Assembly (NCBI GenBank): GCA_963695545.1
Contig: OY968796.1
Coordinates: 1,952,001 to 2,016,000, forward strand
DNA length: 64,000 nucleotides
Origin: Terriglobia bacterium
GTDB taxonomy: Bacteria > Acidobacteriota > Terriglobia > Acidiferrales > UBA7541
Direction: 5' to 3'
Each line of letters starts with the position of its first letter. Positions within the stretch are counted from its first letter, which is position 1. The position numbers and the translations under genes are program-made. The notes below the pieces were generated by a model. That model was not told where the DNA came from. It did no database searches and was given only the letters and a program-made list of their open reading frames with translations. Positions 51,344 to 57,298 of the stretch are shown here, piece by piece.

Positions 51344-52327
51344 ATGAACCTAATAGACGTTACACGAAAGTTCGCCAGCAAGGAATCCTGCTTAGAGTAT
51401 CTCGCCGCGATGCGCTGGCCGAATGGTATCACGTGCACACACTGTGGCGTTGTGGGCGACGATCAATTCCGCAAGTTCACGACACGCGAGACTGAGCGCA
51501 CTCGATTCAGCGCGAAGAAACAGAAGACGGTCACCGTCCGCGTGCCGTCGCGCAGCCTGTACGAGTGCAAGGGATGCGGCTATCAATTCAGCGCGACCAC
51601 GGGCACGGTGTTCCACGATTCACACTTGCCGCTCGAAAAGTGGTTTATGGCGATTGCCCTGATTCTTGAAGCGAAGAAAGGAATCAGCGCCCTACAGGTC
51701 TGCCGCAACCTCGGAATCCCTGAGAGTAGCTACCGGACGGTCTGGTATCTCTGCCATCGCATCCGTGAAGCCACACAAGAGACCGGCTTACTATCCGGCA
51801 TCGTTGAGACGGACGAGACCTATCTGACGCCTAAGAAGCCCCGCAAGGGCGCTCCCAAGGTCAAGAAAGACAAGCGAGACGTGGTGCTCGGAATGATCGA
51901 ACGCGGCGGTCGGCTGCGAATGGTTCCGATGCGAGACGCGAAGATGTCGATAATCGAGCCGATCATTGCGAAGCACATCGCTCCCGATGCCACGCTGCAA
52001 ACCGACGAACATCCCACATACGCGATAATCGGCAAGCGCCGCTTTCCCGGCAGGCACCGCGCGATCAATCACATGCGCAGTTACGCGGACGGCGACAATA
52101 CGACGAACTCAATTGAGAATGCGTTTTCGTTGCTCAAGCGCGGCGTGTACGGCACGTTCCACAAGGTTTCGATAAAGCATCTTGGCCGGTACTGCAACGA
52201 GTTTTCGTATCGGTTCAACCGACGCGGGAATCAGTCGGAGATGTTCGGCGAGACCGTGAAGGGATTGCTAAAGGGCCAGCCGTTGCCGCTCAAGAAGCTG
52301 ACTGCTTCCGAAACATCGGAGTCTTAG
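51344..52327 (+). CDS. IS1595-family transposase
   Basis: RWP.G..CTHCG...YECKGC..QFS..TGT.FH zinc ribbon, KGISALQ HTH, VETDETY, TDEH, NSIEN, YCNEF.YRFNRR. Confidence 0.96.
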   Translation: MNLIDVTRKFASKESCLEYLAAMRWPNGITCTHCGVVGDDQFRKFTTRETERTRFSAKKQKTVTVRVPSRSLYECKGCGYQFSATTGTVFHDSHLPLEKWFMAIALILEAKKGISALQVCRNLGIPESSYRTVWYLCHRIREATQETGLLSGIVETDETYLTPKKPRKGAPKVKKDKRDVVLGMIERGGRLRMVPMRDAKMSIIEPIIAKHIAPDATLQTDEHPTYAIIGKRRFPGRHRAINHMRSYADGDNTTNSIENAFSLLKRGVYGTFHKVSIKHLGRYCNEFSYRFNRRGNQSEMFGETVKGLLKGQPLPLKKLTASETSES

Positions 52328-52445
52328 GGCCGCGCTTGCCGGAAGTTTTTATATCGCTTTGCGGCTTCGGCTTTGAGCCGAGCAGCGCCGCGAGCACCGC
52401 GTCAAACTTCTTCTTTTCGACCAGCACGCTTTTCTTTGTTTTCAT
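52290..52445 (-). CDS. Small basic protein convergent with and overlapping the transposase 3' end
   Basis: MKTKKSVLVEKKKFDAVLAALLGSKPKP... (51 aa). The longer ORF-track version reads through the nested IS1 junction. Confidence 0.5.
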   Translation of the reverse strand: MKTKKSVLVEKKKFDAVLAALLGSKPKPQSDIKTSGKRGPKTPMFRKQSAS

Positions 52446-52503
52446 GAGTTTTCCACATCCTGAATGGATTTCCACAGCCATGTCGGAAAAATCCGGTAGT
52501 GAC

Positions 52504-52776
52504 TCATTTTGAATTGGGCCTTTGGGACAGGTGGCAGGGAGTCTTGTGGACGCCGGAGACCGGACGTGTGACATAAAACACGGGTTCGACGGCGGAAATC
52601 TGCTTAACCAAGAAGGGGGCCAACTGGAACTGCTTATAGCCCTCCTTCAGGGCATCGTCATACGAAGAAAAGAAGTCCACAATAGTTTCCCCGTGAATAA
52701 GCACGAACTTGCCCTCGTGCGCTTTCAGCTCGGGGAGGTTCTTCCGGTAGGTTTCCAGCTCTTTTTCTAAGGCCAT
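52504..52776 (-). CDS. Small passenger protein (DUF5678-like)
   Basis: LEKELETY...L.AHEGKFVLIHGETIVDFF.SY.DAL..GY..F...PFLVKQI; stop codon lies inside the TIR. Confidence 0.65.
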   Translation of the reverse strand: MALEKELETYRKNLPELKAHEGKFVLIHGETIVDFFSSYDDALKEGYKQFQLAPFLVKQISAVEPVFYVTRPVSGVHKTPCHLSQRPNSK

Positions 52777-52871
52777 CTTGGCACCAGTTGTTGTCACTTT
52801 TATACCTCAGATGCCAGAAGAGATGCGGGGATAGTACAAAACGGTTTCTCTGGGCGCAACACCAATTTGCC

Positions 52872-53720
52872 CTACGCGGCCTTCTCTTTCGACATCTCCA
52901 TTATACGCACCAGCTCCTCAATTGTCCAAACGTGGTCCGAGACTCCCGCTTCCATCGCAGGGGTTACACGTAGTGTTTGATGCACGCGGCAGAAGTTATA
53001 GTGCATAAAGTGGAGTGCCACGGCCCAACGGTGATTGTCTAGCTTCTTAGAGAACGCATTTGTGAGCCGGGTAAAACGGCGCATCTTCATCCGCATAGTT
53101 AGGTTCTGGCGTTCCACGAAGCTGGTAGAAATGTGCTTTGGATTCGGCTGACCTACAATTTTGGTTTGTCTGCACCCGATATAGTCTGCGGGACTATATC
53201 GGACTTCTCCTTGTGCCCGATCTGAGCCGTACATCTTGACGAGCATCGCGTAGTCAATCTCAGTACCGAATGCGAATTCAACCGCCTGCAAATAGGCTTT
53301 GTGACCATCGCTGGTCAACTGCACGCGATTGGCAAGGCGCGAAGCCAAGTCGTACATGAAATGCTGCGCGTGCCAAGCGTTGCGGTCACCGATTCGCCAG
53401 CAGGGAACCAACTTTGTATCCGCGCAAATAGAAACCCAGGTCCACACGTCGCCGAACCCATGCTTGCCGCGCAGATCGTTCGGCACGTTCTTTTCTTTGG
53501 CATAGCAGAAGGACCAGATTTCATCGCACTGGACGCGCTTGCAGGGAAGATTAACCAACACGCGGCGCTGGTATTCTTCGCAAGCTTGGCCAATCGCTGG
53601 CATGAGCTTTAGGACAGTATTAAAAGCCACATCGCACATACGGGCCGTGGCTCGTAGTGAGTTCCCTTCTACGAGTGCCGAGATGATCTGCGCTTGCTTC
53701 TCTTTGTTTAAGCGATTCAT
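52872..53720 (-). CDS. IS1-family transposase (single ORF)
   Basis: LVEGNSLRATAR HTH, VQCDEIWSF, QLTSDG, TSFVERQNLTMRM..RRFTRLTNAFSKK. Confidence 0.93.
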   Translation of the reverse strand: MNRLNKEKQAQIISALVEGNSLRATARMCDVAFNTVLKLMPAIGQACEEYQRRVLVNLPCKRVQCDEIWSFCYAKEKNVPNDLRGKHGFGDVWTWVSICADTKLVPCWRIGDRNAWHAQHFMYDLASRLANRVQLTSDGHKAYLQAVEFAFGTEIDYAMLVKMYGSDRAQGEVRYSPADYIGCRQTKIVGQPNPKHISTSFVERQNLTMRMKMRRFTRLTNAFSKKLDNHRWAVALHFMHYNFCRVHQTLRVTPAMEAGVSDHVWTIEELVRIMEMSKEKAA

Positions 53721-53728
53721 AATGTCTG

Positions 53729-53758
53729 ATTATGCTTGAGCGGCTCAAGGTGTGTCAA
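53729..53758 (-). promoter_or_regulatory. IS1 transposase promoter with a palindrome in the spacer
   Basis: Minus strand TTGACA-N18-CATAAT; spacer holds CTTGAGC-N-GCTCAAG (53735-53749); ATG only 8 nt after the -10. Confidence 0.6.
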
Positions 53759-53924
53759 GAGAAAAACGCAGAATCTTACGAACACTTGGCGCTCACTAAG
53801 TGCTGTACTGTCAATACGATGTGGATACACCTGCGTAATATCCGCAGGGTGCTCTGCAAGTTCGGCGTGCTAGACTAAGTCTTCTCTGCTAGAATCGGCG
53901 TGTCTGATACGGACATGGAGGTTC

Positions 53925-54446
53925 ATGGTCATGGATGATAAACTAAGTGGCGCTGTCGAAGTGCTGGTCGCGCAATTGAACGATCAAATGAAACAAGTGG
54001 CTGACACAAAAAGCACGATCAACGCGCTATTACGAAGTATGGGGAAAGAGGCGATGTTTCAGGATGTAAACGTGGAACAAGCGTCCGCGATTCGTCCAGA
54101 CCAGTTCTACGGAAAGGGTCTCGCAACTGCTGTTCAGGACTATCTCAAACGGCGAAAGCAAGCGTGCGGAGCGGATGAAATTCTCCGGGGACTAGAACAA
54201 GGTGGTTTTGATTTCCGCTCAGTATCATGGAAGGAAGCTGATCGTCGTCGGAGTCTATCAATCTCATTGGCAAAGAACAGCGTCACATTTCATCGGCTTC
54301 CCAACGGGACATTCGGTCTGCTGAGTTGGTACCCTGAGAATATTGGGAAGCAAGAGCCGCCAGCAAACAAAAAGCGCGGGCGGAAAGCGAAGAAGGCCAA
54401 GCCATCGGCTGAGGACGCTACAAAGCCTGAACAGGGGAAACCATGA
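53925..54446 (+). CDS. Passenger protein: coiled coil, putative winged-helix (HARE-HTH-like) domain, basic tail
   Basis: GGAGG RBS; AVQDYL......EILRGLEQGG...SLSISLAKN...FHRLPNGTFGL..W. Confidence 0.65.
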   Translation: MVMDDKLSGAVEVLVAQLNDQMKQVADTKSTINALLRSMGKEAMFQDVNVEQASAIRPDQFYGKGLATAVQDYLKRRKQACGADEILRGLEQGGFDFRSVSWKEADRRRSLSISLAKNSVTFHRLPNGTFGLLSWYPENIGKQEPPANKKRGRKAKKAKPSAEDATKPEQGKP

Positions 54447-54598
54447 CCAGAAGGGATATGTGCCTAGATTGCCGGACGCCGTGCCTACCGAGCAGCCTAG
54501 GCCAAATTAAAGACAAGACCCGCTTCCAGTAACCTTTGCGGGGGAGCTGGAAGCGGGCCGTGGTAGGACGCAAAGATCGCGGCCATGAACCGTCGCGA

Positions 54599-54835
54599 TT
54601 ATACCTTTTTTGTTGACCAACGTGCCTTAGCTGCTTTACGGGCGATGGCCTTTCGCTTACTGGCGGAGAGACGCGCCGCTCGCGCCTTTCCGCCTTTAAG
54701 ACCACCTTTGCGCCCGATCTGGGCGAGATACTCTTTGACGGATGCTGTCTGTCTTGGTTCTTCTGTGGATAGCCGTACGATCTCAGCGGCCAGTTGATTT
54801 GGGTCTTTCGGGAGCGGCTTGCTTGAGCGCCTCAT
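54599..54835 (-). CDS. Small basic KGG-motif (histone-H1-like) passenger protein
   Basis: PKDPNQLA..IV, YLAQIGRKGGLKGGKARA..LS...R..IARKAAKARW. Confidence 0.75.
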   Translation of the reverse strand: MRRSSKPLPKDPNQLAAEIVRLSTEEPRQTASVKEYLAQIGRKGGLKGGKARAARLSASKRKAIARKAAKARWSTKKV

Positions 54836-54967
54836 GCATCACATGATGCACAATTCTTCGGGGCGTTTCAAGCCCCCTAAAAGCTCAAAATGAGTCACTA
54901 CCAAAAATCCGCTTGCAATTTCATTCGTATTCTCTTCGCCTACCCCTGACTGAAACGCAAGCAAGGC

Positions 54968-54997
54968 TTGACAGATTTATCCCGAACAGCGTAGATT
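54968..54997 (+). promoter_or_regulatory. Putative sigma70 promoter of the non-coding cassette
   Basis: TTGACA(54968-54973)-N18-TAGATT(54992-54997). Confidence 0.6.
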
Positions 54998-55004
54998 GCA
55001 CCCT

Positions 55005-55105
55005 AGTAACAGCGACGGCCCACCACCCCAAGGGGTAGTGAGCCGGTTGCTGCTGCCACGCTAGCACGTGGCGGAAGTTCTGGGCGCATGCTACCGAGAA
55101 TTCCG
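55005..55105 (+). ncRNA. Three adjacent hairpins 5' of the tRNA-like genes
   Basis: CAGCGAC-GGC-CAC-ACCCC/GGGGT-GTG-GCC-GTTGCTG; GCCACG/CGTGGC; GGAA-TTCT/AGAA-TTCC. Confidence 0.45.
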
Positions 55106-55147
55106 TTCCTCGTCAACGTGGTTTCCGAATTTATTTTTTGTCGCACG

Positions 55148-55216
55148 GGGGGCGCCAGGTAGGGGACGTCGGTTTCCCACCCATTTCCCCTGGGTTCAAA
55201 TCCCAGCGCCTCCACC
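55148..55216 (+). ncRNA. D-armless tRNA-like / tmRNA-TLD-like mini-RNA with G3:U70
   Basis: Acceptor GGGGGCG/CGCCTCC followed by ACC; T-arm CTGGG-TTCAAAT-CCCAG; one internal hairpin GGT(A)GGGGA/TTCCCACC. Confidence 0.6.
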
Positions 55217-55231
55217 CATGCGACTTTCAAC

Positions 55232-55325
55232 GGCGGGATAGCTTTAACGGTAAAGCCCCGGATTTATAATCCGAGGGTCTCCATGCGTACACATGGAGAT
55301 GTCAGTTCGACCCTGACTCCCGCCG
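55232..55325 (+). tRNA. Atypical long-variable-arm tRNA with TAT (UAU) anticodon and G73
   Basis: Acceptor GGCGGGA/TCCCGCC; D-arm GCTT/AAGC with GG; anticodon arm CCGGA-TTTATAA-TCCGA; 26-nt variable region with TCTCCATG/CATGGAGA stem; T-arm GTCAG-TTCGACC-CTGAC; 3' end G-TCA. Confidence 0.8.
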
Positions 55326-55530
55326 TCAAACTTTTAAGGACACTAGGAGAACGCACCTGATTTCGGATTGGAAACAAAGGTCTGCATCGAGTCTCCCCAA
55401 CCCCGCGTCGCCGGGATTGCCTGACTTGGCTGGTACCAGCCGAGCACCCGGTACCGGCTCTGACTGTATATGGTATCACTATAATTTCGTCAAGGGAAAA
55501 CGATATGTCTCGTATCACACCGAGGTCAAC

Positions 55531-55875
55531 ATGATGAAACGCGTTTTTTTCTCGGCCTTAATCGCAGTTTGCATTGGTCAGGCTCCGCTTCTCGCGCAGG
55601 TGCGGCCTCCGGGTCGGCACCATCGAGACGACTTAGAACAGCGATACAACGATCTCAAATGTGCGCTCGTGATCGTTCAAAATGGGGGCGAATTCGGGAC
55701 AGGAGTTTTCATTGGCTCGGACGGAGATATTGCGACTGCCTCTCACGTCCTGGGCGACCGTACGTTCACATCTCAGGCCGACGGGACGATAACGACAAAC
55801 CTTGCGTTGCCCGCGTCACTCACCGTCATCGACAGCCAAGGAAAATCGACTACGGTGCCGGGAACATTGACCTGA
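55531..55875 (+). pseudogene. Secreted trypsin-like serine protease, 3'-truncated by IS3
   Basis: GAGG RBS, signal peptide, GTGVFI and ATASHV (catalytic His). The frame enters the IS3 end at 55868 and no Asp or Ser motifs remain. Confidence 0.75.
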
Positions 55876-55932
55876 CCGGGGTTTTTTGTACCAGCGGGAG
55901 TGAGAGAGAATTCACTCTGGAGGGAAGCTGGT

Positions 55933-56211
55933 ATGCCGATGAGGAGATACAAGCCGGAGCAGATCGTCACGCTGCTGCGGCAAGTTGAAGTTGAAATCGC
56001 CAACGGAAAGAGCACCCCACAAGCCTGCAAGGAAGCCGAGATCACCGCGCAGACCTACTACCGCTGGCGGAAGGAATACGGCGGCCTGAAGTTGGATCAA
56101 GCGAAACGCCTCAAAGAGTTGGAGCGGGAAAACGCCAAGCTGAAACGGTTGGTGGCGGAGCTTTCGTTGGAGAAGCAAATTCTGAAGGATGTGGCAGAGG
56201 GAAACTTCTAA
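55933..56211 (+). CDS. IS3 transposase OrfA
   Basis: RYKPEQIV..LR, TYYRWRKEYGG, RLKELERENAKLKRLVA; slippery heptamer G-GGA-AAC at 56199-56205. Confidence 0.92.
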   Translation: MPMRRYKPEQIVTLLRQVEVEIANGKSTPQACKEAEITAQTYYRWRKEYGGLKLDQAKRLKELERENAKLKRLVAELSLEKQILKDVAEGNF

Positions 56212-56234
56212 GCCCTGAGCGGCGACGTAGCGCG

Positions 56235-57077
56235 GTGGAGCATGCACGCGAGAGCTACCAAGTATCAGAGCGGCATGCCTGCCGGTTGCTGGGGCAGTGG
56301 AGAGGGACACAACGCTACGAGGTGATCCACCGAACGGATGAAGACGCGCTGACGCGAGACATCGTGGCGCTGGCCAGCGAGTACGGGCGCTTCGGCTATC
56401 GGAGGATCACGGCGCTGTTGCAAGCACGGGGCTGGTATGTGGGCAAGGATCGGGTGCAGCGGATCTGGCGGCGCGAAGGGCTGAAAGTGCCGCAGGGACA
56501 AAGGCCGCGAGGAAGGCTGTGGTTGAACGACGGATCGTGTGTTCGTCTCCGGCCGGAACGAGCCAACCATGTGTGGAGCTACGATTTCGTGAGCGCGATG
56601 ACCCACGACGGCCGAACACTGCGAATGCTGACGCTGATCGACGAATACACGCGGGAGTGCCTGGCGATCCGCGTGGCGAGAAGGCTGGGGAGATACGAAG
56701 TGATCGAAGCGCTGGCGGACGTGATGCTTTACCGGGGAATTCCGGAACATATTCGCTCGGACAACGGCCCGGAGTTCGTGGCCAAGGAGCTGAGGAGTTG
56801 GCTGGCGAAGGTGGGAACGGGGACGCTGTACATCGAACCGGGAAGCCCTTGGGAGAATGGCTACTGCGAAAGCTTCAACGGGAAATTGCGCGATGAATGT
56901 TTGAACGGAGAGATTTTTTACTCGCTGAAGGAAGCGCAGATCGTGATCGAGAAATGGCGGATGGTGTACAACACGCTGCGTCCGCACTCAGCGCTGGGCT
57001 ACAGGCCACCGGCGCCGGTGGCCTGTAGCCCCTTGGTGCCGCCAATTCTCGGTTCGCCGTCGACGGCTGTGATGTAG
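56235..57077 (+). CDS. IS3 transposase OrfB (DDE), probably fused to OrfA by -1 frameshift
   Basis: FGYRRI, VWSYDF, IRSDNGPEF, PGSPWENGYCESFNG, RPHSALGY. Confidence 0.95.
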   Translation: MEHARESYQVSERHACRLLGQWRGTQRYEVIHRTDEDALTRDIVALASEYGRFGYRRITALLQARGWYVGKDRVQRIWRREGLKVPQGQRPRGRLWLNDGSCVRLRPERANHVWSYDFVSAMTHDGRTLRMLTLIDEYTRECLAIRVARRLGRYEVIEALADVMLYRGIPEHIRSDNGPEFVAKELRSWLAKVGTGTLYIEPGSPWENGYCESFNGKLRDECLNGEIFYSLKEAQIVIEKWRMVYNTLRPHSALGYRPPAPVACSPLVPPILGSPSTAVM

Positions 57078-57298
57078 ACTCTCTCATTCACCGTGGTACA
57101 AAAACTCGGGCTGGTCATAAGGACAAGCCTAAATCAAGGGAGTCAACTATATAATTCCCGCAAGATGCGCGCGCGTGACGTGATTCAAAACCAATTTGGT
57201 CGCACGCTGGCGCGACGTGGCTGACGGTCGCCAACCGCGGGCGCGTCCGGTACAATAAATGGCGTGAACCCATCGATAGAAAACGCATAGGAGCTGCC

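Larger units (their letters stand above)
52495..54902 (-). mobile_element. IS1-family passenger-carrying element (2408 bp) nested in the IS1595 element
   Basis: Perfect 18-bp TIRs GGTAGTGACTCATTTTGA (52495-52512) and TCAAAATGAGTCACTACC (54885-54902); 8-bp direct repeat AAAAATCC at 52487-52494 and 54903-54910. Confidence 0.95.
55868..57117 (+). mobile_element. IS3-family insertion sequence (1250 bp)
   Basis: TG...CA ends; imperfect TIRs TGACCTGACCGGGGTTTTTTGTACCA and TGACCAGCCCGAGTTTTTGTACCA; orfA/orfB; no flanking direct repeat. Confidence 0.93.
51239..57159 (+). mobile_element. IS1595-family (ISNwi1-like ends) cargo-carrying transposon, 5921 bp including two nested ISs
   Basis: Left TIR GGGAATTATATACATGACTCCC (51239-51260); right TIR 57138-57159 reads GGGAATTATATAGTTGACTCCC on the minus strand (20/22 match); 8-bp direct repeat GCAAGATG at 51231-51238 and 57160-57167. 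Confidence 0.93.

Noticed and set aside
52449..52476. Two DnaA-box-like TTTCCACA motifs as a replication origin
   Set aside because: Too few boxes, located inside a transposon, with no unwinding element or dnaA context.
52290..52574. 94-aa ORF as listed in the track
   Set aside because: It crosses the IS1 left TIR and target duplication, so it is chimeric. Only 52290-52445 (or up to 52481) is plausible.
55232..55325. tRNA-Sec or an 8/4 or 9/3 allo-tRNA
   Set aside because: The anticodon is TAT, not TCA, and the fold is best read as 7/5 with a 4-bp D-stem. Kept as an atypical type II tRNA instead.
55003..55518. Minus-strand ORFs 55003-55230 and 55264-55518
   Set aside because: Antisense to the tRNA-like structures, with no recognisable protein features.
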